From an uncultured Verrucomicrobiota bacterium (GTDB taxonomy: Bacteria; Verrucomicrobiota; Kiritimatiellia; CAIKKV01; CAITUY01), in contig CAYWKN010000001.1 of the NCBI GenBank assembly GCA_964458765.1, forward strand, positions 1-58,817: a stretch of 58,817 nucleotides of DNA. The letters are read 5' to 3'. How positions within the stretch are numbered: the stretch's first letter is position 1; the number at the start of each line of letters is the position of its first letter. Made by a program: the position numbers and the translations under genes. Below the pieces are notes generated by a model. The model ran no database searches. It worked only from the letters and a program-made list of their open reading frames with translations, and was not told where the DNA came from. Positions 23,424 through 32,246 of this stretch are shown one piece after another.

Positions 23424-24536
23424 ATGACGGTGCCACCCCTGGAAACCAACCGAGCCGCACAGGCGTCTTCCCTGACAGGCGACGGGCTGTTGACCGCGTG
23501 CTATGACTATGATCTTCCGCCTGAATTGATCGCGCAGGAGCCGCTCAGCGACCGGACGGCAGCCCGTATGCTGGTGCTGGATCGCTCCCGCCGTACTTGG
23601 GAGCACTCGTGCGTGCGGGAACTTCCCCGATTCCTTCGGCCCGGAGATCTCATGGTGCTGAACGATACCCGCGTGATACCCGCACGGCTGTTTGGCCGCA
23701 AGGCGGAAACAGGCGGGAAAGTCGAGCTATTGCTCCTCGAGGAGTTGGCGTCGGGCGAATGGATGGCCCTGTGCGGGTCGTCGCGCCGGCCCGGCATCGG
23801 CACGAAGCTGATCCTGGCGGACGGACGTATGCGGGCGCTCGTCACAGGCTGGGAGTCCGGCGGTCGCGTTACGATCCGGCCCGAAGCGGAGGAACCCCTT
23901 CTGGAAGTGCTGGAAACGTCCGGCGTTCCTCCGCTGCCGCCGTACATCCGCCGGAAGGGCGCACGCGCGCCCGGAACGGAGCAGCGCGACAGGGAATACT
24001 ATCAGACCGTGTATGCCCGGGTGCCGGGCGCCGTAGCCGCACCCACGGCCGGCCTGCACCTGACGGACGACTTGTTGCTGGCTCTGGCGACCCGCGGCAT
24101 ACCGCATGCCATGCTCACCCTGCATGTGGGCATCGGCACGTTCAAACCTGTGTCCGCCGACCGGATCCCGGATCACGTGATGGAACCGGAACGGTACGAC
24201 ATGCCGACGGATACAGCCGAACGCATCAATGGATGCCGCTCGGCAGGCGGACGGATTGTGGCGGTGGGCAGCACGGTTGTGCGAACCCTGGAAAGCGCTG
24301 CGGACGAACATGGCCGCATCACCGCGTCGACCGGAAGGACGGCTTTGTTCATCCATCCGCCGTACGCATTCCGGGCGGTGGATGTCATGCTGACCAATTT
24401 CCATCTGCCGAGGTCCACACTGTTGATGATGGTTAGCGCGCTGGCCGGCGCCGAACTGATCCGCAACGCCTATGCAGAGGCCATTCGCGAGCGATACAGG
24501 TTCTACAGTTATGGCGATTGTATGTTGATTCTGTAG
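23424..24536 (+). CDS. queA: tRNA preQ1(34) S-adenosylmethionine ribosyltransferase-isomerase
   Basis: 370 aa. YDYDLPPELIAQEP N-terminal motif, PLPPYI and TNFHLPRSTLLMMV motifs. Confidence 0.93.
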   Translation: MTVPPLETNRAAQASSLTGDGLLTACYDYDLPPELIAQEPLSDRTAARMLVLDRSRRTWEHSCVRELPRFLRPGDLMVLNDTRVIPARLFGRKAETGGKVELLLLEELASGEWMALCGSSRRPGIGTKLILADGRMRALVTGWESGGRVTIRPEAEEPLLEVLETSGVPPLPPYIRRKGARAPGTEQRDREYYQTVYARVPGAVAAPTAGLHLTDDLLLALATRGIPHAMLTLHVGIGTFKPVSADRIPDHVMEPERYDMPTDTAERINGCRSAGGRIVAVGSTVVRTLESAADEHGRITASTGRTALFIHPPYAFRAVDVMLTNFHLPRSTLLMMVSALAGAELIRNAYAEAIRERYRFYSYGDCMLIL

Positions 24537-24575
24537 ATCACGATCACGTTCCAACAACCTTTGAACGGAGTTTCC

Positions 24576-25838
24576 ATGAAGACGGTCGTGCTTTCCGCGG
24601 GCGACGAATTGATTCTGGGGCAGACGGTGGACACCAACTCTGCGTGGTTGAGCGCCGAACTGATTCTGCACGGCGGTCTGCCGCTGTATCACAAGACAGT
24701 GGGCGACTCCGTCAGCGCGATTGCCGAAGCCATCCGGGAGGCGGCTGGCGCGGCTGATCTGGTAATTGTGAGCGGAGGCCTCGGCCCGACAGCGGATGAC
24801 GTGACACGGCAGGCGTTATCCATGGTGCTGGGCCGACCGCTGGCGCTCGATCCGGAATCCCTGATGGCCATCCGGCGGTTCTTCGAGGTCCTGGGCCGCA
24901 CGATGCCGGAACCGAACCGGATACAAGCCATGCATCCGGAGGGCACGCGCATGCTGCCGAATCCGTGGGGAACGGCGCCGGGCATTGCGGCGGAGGTGGG
25001 AGACTCCCGGGTCTATCTCTTGCCTGGGGTTCCGCGGGAGATGAAGGGTATGTTCCAGTGCCATGTCGTTCCATGGCTTGACGGTGTGTCCGGGCGGCAC
25101 ATTGCTACGGAATCCCTGACAACCTTTGGGGCCGGGGAATCCGTGGTGGCCCAGGCGCTCGGAGAACTCATGGCGCGCGACAGGAACCCGATGGTGGGGA
25201 CGACGGTATCCGGAGGCGAGGTCACGGTTCGGATTCGGTCGGAATCTGCGGATCGCGAGACCGCCCTGCGCGAGCGTGACGCCACTGTGGAGGAAGTCAG
25301 GAAACGACTTGCGGAATGGGTGGTGTCCTCCGGCGGTACCGGTCTGGTGGAGGTCACCATCCACCTGGCGCGGAAGGCGGGGCGGCAGGTGGTTACCGCC
25401 GAGAGTTGCACTGGAGGATGGATCGCGAAGATGCTCACCGATGTTCCGGGCGCCAGCGATATTTACCGCGGCGGATGGGTTGTCTACGCCAATGCCCTTA
25501 AGGAGAGTCTGCTTGGTGTGCCGCGGGCGATGATCGAACACGACGGCTCCGTGAGCGAAGCGGTTGCGGCCGCCATGGCGGCGGAGGCGCTGCGTCGGAG
25601 CGGTGCCGACTATGCCTTGGCGGTAACTGGCATCGCAGGCCCGGGCGGCGGAAGCGACGCGAAACCCATGGGGACGGTGTGGATTGCCGTGGCCGGGATG
25701 GATGGCGGAACGATGCGGACCACGTGCCGCAAGTGGGTGTTCCCCGGGGACCGGGAAATGGTTCGTCTGCGGGCCGCCAAGACGGCGATCAACATGCTGA
25801 GACTTGCCTTGCTTGGCAAGGGGGAGGCATGTGCGTGA
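24576..25838 (+). CDS. cinA: CinA-family competence/damage-inducible protein (MoCF-binding + nicotinamide-nucleotide amidase domains)
   Basis: The track ORF is 24561..25838 (TTG). The ATG at 24576 gives MKTVVLSAGDELILGQTVDTNSAWL, the typical CinA N-terminus. The C-terminal PncC-like domain is present (TAESCTGGW). Confidence 0.9.
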   Translation: MKTVVLSAGDELILGQTVDTNSAWLSAELILHGGLPLYHKTVGDSVSAIAEAIREAAGAADLVIVSGGLGPTADDVTRQALSMVLGRPLALDPESLMAIRRFFEVLGRTMPEPNRIQAMHPEGTRMLPNPWGTAPGIAAEVGDSRVYLLPGVPREMKGMFQCHVVPWLDGVSGRHIATESLTTFGAGESVVAQALGELMARDRNPMVGTTVSGGEVTVRIRSESADRETALRERDATVEEVRKRLAEWVVSSGGTGLVEVTIHLARKAGRQVVTAESCTGGWIAKMLTDVPGASDIYRGGWVVYANALKESLLGVPRAMIEHDGSVSEAVAAAMAAEALRRSGADYALAVTGIAGPGGGSDAKPMGTVWIAVAGMDGGTMRTTCRKWVFPGDREMVRLRAAKTAINMLRLALLGKGEACA

Positions 25839-26596
25839 AATCAGGAAGCGCCGGGACAAGGCAGCGATATTGCCTCACGCTGGGCTACGACGGAACCCCC
25901 TACGCCGGCTGGCAGGTACAGCCGAACCACACCACGGTCCAGCAGGTGCTGGAAGAAACGCTGCACCGGCTTACGGGAGAGGCTGTCAAGGTTCATGGCA
26001 GCGGACGAACGGATCAAGGAGTGCATGCACGCGGGCAGGTGGCTCATGTGGACCTCTCCACGGTCTGGGTCTGTGACCGGCTGCGCAAGGGGATGAACGC
26101 GCTGCTCCCTCCCGACATACGGGTTTTCGGTATCCGCAGGGTACACGGGGATTTCCATGCCCGCCGCAGCGCTGTGAGGAAGGAGTACCGGTATTTCCTC
26201 TGGAATGATGAAGTCATGAATCCCTGCCAGCGGCTGTACGCTGTTCACATTCGCAAGAAACTCGATCTGGTCGCCATGAGGGCTGCCGCAGACATCTTGG
26301 TAGGACGGCATGATTTTGCCTCTTTCACCGCCAATCCGAACCGTGAAGTGGAAAGCACCGTTCGTGAAGTGCACTACATCGCTATCCGCAAATCCGGACC
26401 CCTTGTGACGATTGCGGCGGCGAGCGAAGGATTCTTGTACAAGATGGTTCGCAGCATTTGCGGAATGCTCATCAGGGTGGGGGAGGGTGACCTCGCGCCC
26501 GCGGACATCCGGGCCATTCTGGCCTCACGGATCCGGACGGCAAGAGTGCCTACCGCTCCTGCCTGCGGGCTGTTCCTGTGGAAGGTTTGGTACTGA
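25829..26596 (+). CDS. truA: tRNA pseudouridine(38-40) synthase
   Basis: The track ORF is 25679..26596. The start is taken at the ATG at 25829, which overlaps the cinA 3' end by 10 nt. YDGTPYAGWQVQP and GSGRTDQGVHA (catalytic Asp) motifs are present. Start uncertain by a few codons. Confidence 0.88.
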   Translation: MCVKSGSAGTRQRYCLTLGYDGTPYAGWQVQPNHTTVQQVLEETLHRLTGEAVKVHGSGRTDQGVHARGQVAHVDLSTVWVCDRLRKGMNALLPPDIRVFGIRRVHGDFHARRSAVRKEYRYFLWNDEVMNPCQRLYAVHIRKKLDLVAMRAAADILVGRHDFASFTANPNREVESTVREVHYIAIRKSGPLVTIAAASEGFLYKMVRSICGMLIRVGEGDLAPADIRAILASRIRTARVPTAPACGLFLWKVWY

Positions 26597-26598
26597 GC

Positions 26599-26631
26599 AG
26601 GGGTCGCTTCCGCCCCTCCGAGGGCTTTTTT
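26599..26631 (+). terminator. Terminator-like GC hairpins plus T6 run after truA
   Basis: GGGGTCGCTTCCGCCCC and GCCCCTCCGAGGGC stems followed by TTTTTT (26626-26631). Confidence 0.5.
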
Positions 26632-26691
26632 GTGGCACGCCGCCTTTGTTCCTGACATAATTCGCGCCCTGATGCAGACGGTCTGGAGGCC

Positions 26692-27399
26692 ATGAACTAT
26701 CGGAATTCCATAGCTCGCGAAGAGATTGCCATTCTGCCCTCGCTGTTGGCTGCCGATTTCGGGTGTTTGGGCTCCGAGGCAAAGAGGGCGGAAGCCGCCG
26801 GGGCTGATGCTCTGCATATTGACATCATGGACGGCCATTTCGTCCCGAACCTGAGCATGGGACCCGACGTGGTTGCCATGGCCAGGCGCCATGTCCGCAT
26901 TCCGCTCAGCGTGCACCTGATGCTTTCCCAGCCCGGGACGTATCTGGAGAAGTTTATCCGGGCCGGGGCGGACATCTTGCTGATTCATGTGGAGGCCGAA
27001 GGGGACTTGGGCGCAATGCTGCGGGAAATCCGTCGCCTTGGAGCCCGACCAGGCCTGACGCTGAATCCGGGGACCGCGGCGGACCTGCTTTGGCCGTACC
27101 TGGAAGATATTGATGAGGTTCTTTGCATGACTGTCAATCCCGGGTATGGCGGTCAACAATTCATGACATCCGTCGTGCCCAAGATACAGGCAATCCGTGA
27201 CCACTTTCGTGCGCATGGCATGGAAAAGGACATCTCGGTGGACGGTGGAATTGATGCGAGGACCGTGAAGGCAGCCGCAGGCGCGGGATGCAACGTGCTG
27301 ATTGCCGGGACATCCTTGTACGGGGCGGACAACATGCCAGACGCGATTTCCCGCATGCGGACCGTTGCACAAGAAGCATTTCGCCAGTCACGGAAGTAG
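26692..27399 (+). CDS. rpe: Ribulose-phosphate 3-epimerase
   Basis: 235 aa. LHIDIMDGHFVPN and MTVNPGYGGQ motifs. Confidence 0.93.
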   Translation: MNYRNSIAREEIAILPSLLAADFGCLGSEAKRAEAAGADALHIDIMDGHFVPNLSMGPDVVAMARRHVRIPLSVHLMLSQPGTYLEKFIRAGADILLIHVEAEGDLGAMLREIRRLGARPGLTLNPGTAADLLWPYLEDIDEVLCMTVNPGYGGQQFMTSVVPKIQAIRDHFRAHGMEKDISVDGGIDARTVKAAAGAGCNVLIAGTSLYGADNMPDAISRMRTVAQEAFRQSRK

Positions 27400-27408
27400 G
27401 CCTGTTAC

Positions 27409-29238
27409 ATGCACTTGGAACCTAATCTGCCAGGCACCCGTACGCTGCCCAATGTGCGCAACTTCTGCATCATAGCGCATATTGATCACGGGAAGTCCAC
27501 CTTGGCCGACCGCCTGCTCCAATTGACCAGGACGATCGATGACCGGGCGATGCGCGATCAGGTCCTTGACAACATGGATCTCGAGCGTGAGCGCGGCATC
27601 ACCATCAAGTGCCATCCGGTGACGATGCGATATGTCGCCAGGGACGGCGTTGAGTACGAGCTTAACTTGATCGACACTCCGGGACACGTGGATTTCACCT
27701 ATGAGGTTTCACGGAGCATGCTGGCGTGCGAGGGCGCGGTTCTGGTGGTGGATGCCGGGCAGGGTGTGGAAGCCCAGACGGTCGCCAACACGTACTTGGC
27801 GATCGAGAACAACCTGGAAATCCTCCCGGTGATCAACAAGGTCGACCTTCCCGGCGCCGATCCCGACGGAGTGTCCCGGCAGATCGAGGAAATCCTGTCC
27901 TTGCCGGCCATGGATGCGCTACGGATCAGCGCCAAGACCGGGGTAGGCATCGAAGGTGTCCTGGAAGCTGTTGTCGCCAAGCTGCCGCCGCCCGCCACCT
28001 GCGACGACGGCTATGTGAGGGCGCTTGTGTTTGACTCCGTGTATGACGCCTTCCGCGGAGTGGTCACGTATGTTCGCGTGGTGGACGGTGAGATCAAACC
28101 CGGCGACCGTATCCGCATGGTAGGCGGCAATCTGGACACGGAAATCAAGGAAGTTGGCCGATTCCGCCCGAAAATGGAGCCGGCGCCGTCCCTCAAGGCA
28201 GGGCAGGTGGGATACCTGATCGGAACCCTCAAGAGTGCCGCCGACATCCTGATCGGCGATACGATCACCATGGCCTCCAGGCCAACGCCCCGGCCGCTGC
28301 CGGGCATGAAGGAAATTCACCCGATGGTATTCAGCGGCTTGTATCCGGTGAATACCTCCGACTACGAGAAGCTGAAACAAAGCATGGACAAACTCCGCCT
28401 GAACGACAGCGCTTTTACCTATCAACCGGAATCCTCCGTGGCGCTGGGATTCGGTTTTCGCTGCGGGTTTCTGGGCCTGTTGCACCTGGAAGTGGTGCAG
28501 GAGCGTCTGCGCCGGGAGTTCGATCTGGATGTCATCAGCACCTATCCATCCGTGGTATACCGCGTTTTCCAGAAGGATGGAACGATGCTGGAGGTTGACA
28601 ACCCCATTCATCTACCGGATCAGATGCGCATTGATCACTTGGAAGAACCCATGATCAAGGCGTTTATCATCTGCCACAATGAGCACATCGGCGACGTTCT
28701 CCGGCTGGTGATGGACCGGCGCGGTGCGGTGGACAAGACAGAGACGCTGGATGTCAAGCGGGTGATGCTGACATGCGTCATGCCCCTTAATGAGATACTG
28801 ATTGATTTCCACGATTTCCTGAAGAGCGTGAGCCGCGGCTATGCGTCCATGGATTACGAAAACACGGGCTATGTCGCCAGCGATCTCGTCAAGATGGATA
28901 TCCTTCTGAATGGCGAGGTGGTGGACGCATTCTCTTGCATCATTCATCGTGACAAGGCTGTGTATCGCGGACGTCAGATGTGTGAAGCCCTGAAGGACGT
29001 GATCCCGCCTCATATGTTCGCGGTGCCTATCCAGGCCGCCATTAACAAGACGATCATCGCCCGTGAGACCATCCGGGCCATGCGCAAGGATGTCACCGCC
29101 AAGTGTTATGGCGGCGACATCACACGAAAACGGAAACTGCTGGAGCGGCAGAAGGAAGGAAAGAGGCGGATGAAGGAGATCGGGTCTGTCAATGTTCCGC
29201 AGGAAGCCTTCATTTCCGTGTTGAAGACCACGGGGTAA
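27409..29238 (+). CDS. lepA: Translation elongation factor 4
   Basis: 609 aa. G1 AHIDHGKST, G3 DTPGH, and the LepA C-terminal domain (KCYGGDITRKRKLLE). Confidence 0.96.
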   Translation: MHLEPNLPGTRTLPNVRNFCIIAHIDHGKSTLADRLLQLTRTIDDRAMRDQVLDNMDLERERGITIKCHPVTMRYVARDGVEYELNLIDTPGHVDFTYEVSRSMLACEGAVLVVDAGQGVEAQTVANTYLAIENNLEILPVINKVDLPGADPDGVSRQIEEILSLPAMDALRISAKTGVGIEGVLEAVVAKLPPPATCDDGYVRALVFDSVYDAFRGVVTYVRVVDGEIKPGDRIRMVGGNLDTEIKEVGRFRPKMEPAPSLKAGQVGYLIGTLKSAADILIGDTITMASRPTPRPLPGMKEIHPMVFSGLYPVNTSDYEKLKQSMDKLRLNDSAFTYQPESSVALGFGFRCGFLGLLHLEVVQERLRREFDLDVISTYPSVVYRVFQKDGTMLEVDNPIHLPDQMRIDHLEEPMIKAFIICHNEHIGDVLRLVMDRRGAVDKTETLDVKRVMLTCVMPLNEILIDFHDFLKSVSRGYASMDYENTGYVASDLVKMDILLNGEVVDAFSCIIHRDKAVYRGRQMCEALKDVIPPHMFAVPIQAAINKTIIARETIRAMRKDVTAKCYGGDITRKRKLLERQKEGKRRMKEIGSVNVPQEAFISVLKTTG

Positions 29239-29253
29239 TGGATTGGCAGGAGA

Positions 29254-30342
29254 ATGGTAATGACCGGTTTTTTCAAACGTCGGCGCCTGGTCAAGATCGC
29301 CCGGGAGTGGCTGCAGCATGCGCGCCTGTGCCGGGATACCCGGAGCGATATCGCGGAGCCGTCGGCAATGGAAGCACTGCTGGCGGCCGAAACACGTCTG
29401 CGGGAAGCCATTGACGACGGGCAGTTTGACCGCCTCGAGAAGGAATGCGAGGCGTTGCGGCAAGCCGCTTCCCGGGTGATGCCGGCGCGCTCCATGGCGG
29501 GACTGCGGGAGAATCTGGAAGTGATTGTTGTGGCGCTTGGCGTGGCCATGGCCTTTCGCTGCTATTTTCTTCAGCCGTTCAAGATCCCAACCGGCTCGAT
29601 GCAGCCTACCTTGTATGGTATCCACTACGAACCGCAGGAGCGGGCTGGAACTTTTGACCAGCATCCGCTACGCGTGGTCAAGTGGGCCTTGTTCGGGGAA
29701 TGGTACGTCGAGAGCAAGGCTCTGACGGCCGGACGTGTGAGAGGCCCGTTGGAGCAGGGTGGGATGCTCATCTATGACATCGGCGGGTTGGTTCATCCGG
29801 TTCCGCGGGGCATGACGGTGCGCGTCAGTGCCGGTGATGAGGTGGTCAGCGGCCAGGTGATTGCTTCCGGGAAGCGGATTACGGGAGACCATCTCTTTGT
29901 GAACCGGGTGAAGTGGAACTTCGTATGCCCCAGGAGGGGTGAAGTCATGGTGTTCCGGACAGACGGGATCCCGGCGTTAGATGACAAAAAGACGCACTAC
30001 ATCAAACGAATGTGCGGTTTACCCGGCGAGCGGATACGGATCGTTCCTCCTCATATTCTGGCTGACGAAAGACCAGTGGATGACGATGTGATGATCCGGG
30101 CCATCTCGAGCCGGGCTCCCGGGTATGCCGGGTATGTGCTGGCTGAGGGGGTGGGGGCCGAATATCTGGTGACCACGAACGATGTCCTGGCGCTCAAGTG
30201 TGGCGAGTATCTGGCATGCGGCGACAACACGCGCAACAGTTTTGATGGACGGTATTGGGGCCCCGTTCGCCAGGAGAATCTTGTGGGGCCCGCTGCCCTG
30301 GTGTACTGGCCGATCTCCCGGCGCATGGGTTTTATCCGCTAG
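29254..30342 (+). CDS. lepB: Signal peptidase I (long N-terminal region)
   Basis: 362 aa. Catalytic Ser box (IPTGSMQPTL), KR box (YIKRMCGLPGERI) and box E (GDNTRNSFDGRYWG). Confidence 0.9.
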   Translation: MVMTGFFKRRRLVKIAREWLQHARLCRDTRSDIAEPSAMEALLAAETRLREAIDDGQFDRLEKECEALRQAASRVMPARSMAGLRENLEVIVVALGVAMAFRCYFLQPFKIPTGSMQPTLYGIHYEPQERAGTFDQHPLRVVKWALFGEWYVESKALTAGRVRGPLEQGGMLIYDIGGLVHPVPRGMTVRVSAGDEVVSGQVIASGKRITGDHLFVNRVKWNFVCPRRGEVMVFRTDGIPALDDKKTHYIKRMCGLPGERIRIVPPHILADERPVDDDVMIRAISSRAPGYAGYVLAEGVGAEYLVTTNDVLALKCGEYLACGDNTRNSFDGRYWGPVRQENLVGPAALVYWPISRRMGFIR

Positions 30343-30457
30343 TGCCTTGCCGTGGTTCTGGCTCTGGTTACGCTAATCTGGTCCGGATGTCACAGCCGAG
30401 GCCGCCCGAACAGGCATATGACGTTGGCTTGTGAGCTTGCATAACGGCCTTTCCGTC

Positions 30458-30480
30458 GAAAGCGCGAAGAGCGCGATTTC
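30458..30480. terminator. Hairpin GAAAGCGCG-AAGAG-CGCGATTTC (8 of 9 bp) about 115 nt after lepB
   Basis: Read directly and followed by CCGAATTTCG. It is a weak terminator candidate usable from either strand. Confidence 0.3.
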
Positions 30481-30517
30481 CCGAATTTCGTGACATTCCC
30501 AACAATTGCGGGATAAG

Positions 30518-30547
30518 TTGCATGTTATAAACAATGTCGCATAATAT
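30518..30547 (+). promoter_or_regulatory. Strong sigma70-like promoter candidate inside an ORF-free convergent gap (TTGCAT-16 nt-CATAAT / TAATAT)
   Basis: TTGCAT at 30518-30523 and an overlapping CATAATAT at 30540-30547, in the most AT-rich patch of the window. No protein gene lies downstream on this strand. Confidence 0.45.
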
Positions 30548-30552
30548 ATCTT

Positions 30553-30870
30553 ATGTCTACTCCCGCGGTGCCCGAACCACAATATATGGGGGTTTCTGAT
30601 TCTCGACCTCAGGGGCCGGCATACCGGACTTCAGCGCGGAGCCTAGCCTTGCTTGGGAAATCCCGCATGAACCATGCCCCTGCAACTTCCGATGAACATC
30701 CCCGCGTTTGCGTTCCACTCTCGGCTCAGGCACACTGCGAGATCAGCGGCATTCCCTGACTTGCGCGCCTCCCAAGGGCAAAGTTCAGGCCAAACTGTTG
30801 CCCGGTGTTTCTGTCGGAGTGGATCCCGCGGGGACTCCTGCAATCGGCAAAGCCTGAACCCCGCCATCCT
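30553..30870 (+). ncRNA. Candidate unassigned structured RNA (boundaries and strand tentative)
   Basis: It lies downstream of the promoter above, in a 550-bp gap between two gene 3' ends. No ORF here has an RBS or GC3 bias. Possible long-range helices are UCCCGCGG (30561-68) with CCGCGGGG (30826-33) and GGGGUUU (30589-95) with GAACCCC (30856-62). Local hairpins include GGGCAA/TTGCCC (30776-30803). I could not match it to tmRNA, 6S, SRP or RNase P. Confidence 0.25.
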
Positions 30871-30894
30871 GCAGGCCGGTCCGCCACGGCCGCA

Positions 30895-31800
30895 TCACTG
30901 GTCCTTCATCTGGTAGACCTGCTTGCGTCGCTGGCCGTCCCGCTCTACCTCCAGCACCACGGCGCTCATCCGGTTCTTCAGGAACTCATCGATAAAGAAC
31001 TCCGCGCGACGCCTGCTTGTCATGTCCACGGAGTTCACCTGACGGACAATATCACGCTCGCTCAACCCGACCGCATCGAAGAATTCCCGCTCACCCTCGA
31101 TGCCCACGATGTAACCAGTGATCCGATTCTTGTCGTCTCTCACAGGTTTCATCGTGTCGAATATTGCGACCATTCGGTCCGGTTCATCCAGCAGCTCCTG
31201 GTAGTAGTCCAGAAGCGGCTGACGGCTGAACTGCCAGCGATCGTCCTTCACCTTCACGCATCCGAAACGATTAGTGGTTCCAGGCGCTGTTGTCGCGAGA
31301 TTCGTTGACGGTGCGTCCACTCCAGCAACTCCCGGGGAGAATTCCAACTTCAGTTCTGTCAAACCCGCTGCCGTTTGAAGTGTCACGCTGTCGCGGGCAA
31401 TCGCAACCACGCAACCCTCCGCCACCTTGTCCCCTTCCCCGACGATCTTCTGCTCAGACGTAACCGTATCGTCCAAAATGGCCCTTGGGCGTCTATTCCC
31501 TTCCTCGGTTTCGACAGAGAAGGTTCCTGCCAGACGATAGCGCGCAGACGCTGAAGGTGCGGCTGGTTCTTCCTGCTTTCTGGAGGAGACCAGCACCGCG
31601 GTGGAAGCGGTTTCGAATCCGGCATAGCTGACTGCCGCCGGAACAAGCGAAACAGGCATGGACTCGCCTGCGTCACCTGCCGTCCGCGGCGTCGATGAGC
31701 GCCATGCCCGGAAATACACGATGCCGCAAGCCACGGTCATGAGCAACAGCAAAGGGGGTAGGATCCGCGATCGGGAAGAATGTCGGAAGGTAGAGGCCAT
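30895..31800 (-). CDS. GspC/PilP-like type II secretion protein C homolog (TM anchor + HR domain + C-terminal PDZ-like region)
   Basis: 301 aa. Basic N-terminus plus TM helix (ILPPLLLLMTVACGIVYF). An HR-domain-like stretch (YRLAGTF...RPRAILDD...KIVGEGDKVAEGCVVAIARDSVTLQTAAGLTELKL) is followed by a PDZ-like tail. The ATG at 31800 falls inside the rnpB 3' end, so the start is uncertain. Confidence 0.6.
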   Translation of the reverse strand: MASTFRHSSRSRILPPLLLLMTVACGIVYFRAWRSSTPRTAGDAGESMPVSLVPAAVSYAGFETASTAVLVSSRKQEEPAAPSASARYRLAGTFSVETEEGNRRPRAILDDTVTSEQKIVGEGDKVAEGCVVAIARDSVTLQTAAGLTELKLEFSPGVAGVDAPSTNLATTAPGTTNRFGCVKVKDDRWQFSRQPLLDYYQELLDEPDRMVAIFDTMKPVRDDKNRITGYIVGIEGEREFFDAVGLSERDIVRQVNSVDMTSRRRAEFFIDEFLKNRMSAVVLEVERDGQRRKQVYQMKDQ

Positions 31801-32170
31801 AAGCCGGATTCTGTTTCCCGTTTCCAGGATCGGTCATTTATCTAAGCAATCAACCCGGAACCGCGATCCGCCGAAACGGATCCCGAGGCGGGCCGCCTCC
31901 GGTTCCCTATTTGATCTTGCTCCGGACGGGGTTTGCCCTGCGGCATCCATTCCTGGATGCCCGGTGGTCTCTTACACCACCTTTTCACCCTTATCGCGCA
32001 GTCTTGCGACCGCTCGACGGTATTTTTTCTGTGGCACTTTCCGTGACTTCCGCTTTACCGGAAGCCCCCGCGCTTCTTCGGCGCCGGCGTCCTGCCCTAT
32101 GGAGTCCGGACTTTCCTCCCCGCGGGCGCTTGCGCGCACCCCGGAGCGACCGAACACCTCCACCTTTCGA
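31785..32170 (-). ncRNA. rnpB: RNase P RNA, bacterial type A
   Basis: Hand reverse-complement shows the universal motifs: GGAGGAAAGTCCGGACTCCATAGGGCAGG (P4 5' strand), AAAGTGCCACAGAAAA, GGGTGAAAAGGTGGTGTAAGAGACCACC, GGAGCAAGATCAAATAGGGA, AGATAAATGAC and ACAGAATCCGGCTTAT (P4 3' strand). An 11-bp P1 pairs AAGGTGGAGGT (32166-32156) with GCCTCTACCTT (31797-31787). Ends are good to about 10 nt. Confidence 0.93.
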
Positions 32171-32176
32171 CAATGA

Positions 32177-32205
32177 ATGATACCCCGGCAGTGCGCGGAA
32201 ATCAA
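32177..32205 (-). promoter_or_regulatory. sigma70-like promoter of rnpB (TTGATT-17 nt-TATCAT)
   Basis: On the minus strand, TTGATT (32205-32200), a 17-nt spacer, and TATCAT (32182-32177). The predicted start, about 7 nt downstream, coincides with the P1 5' end. Confidence 0.6.
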
Positions 32206-32246
32206 TCCCGCCTGTGCCTGATCAACGCAAGCGGGGAAGCCTCCGT

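Noticed and set aside
30588-30865. Possible tmRNA (ssrA). GGGGGTTTCTGATTCTCGAC resembles the conserved tmRNA 5' end (GGGG...GAUUCGAC), and GAACCCCGCCA at 30856-30866 could close a 7-bp acceptor stem ending in CCA.
   Set aside because: - The putative acceptor stem lacks the universal G3:U70 pair.
- No T-arm or GGTTCGA-like loop precedes the 3' strand.
- No frame yields an Ala-rich or hydrophobic-ended tag peptide (candidates end ..GLQRGA*, ..GNPA*, ..CNFR*).
- About 280 nt is short for a one-piece tmRNA.
- A permuted two-piece layout does not fit either.
- The region is kept only as an unassigned RNA candidate.
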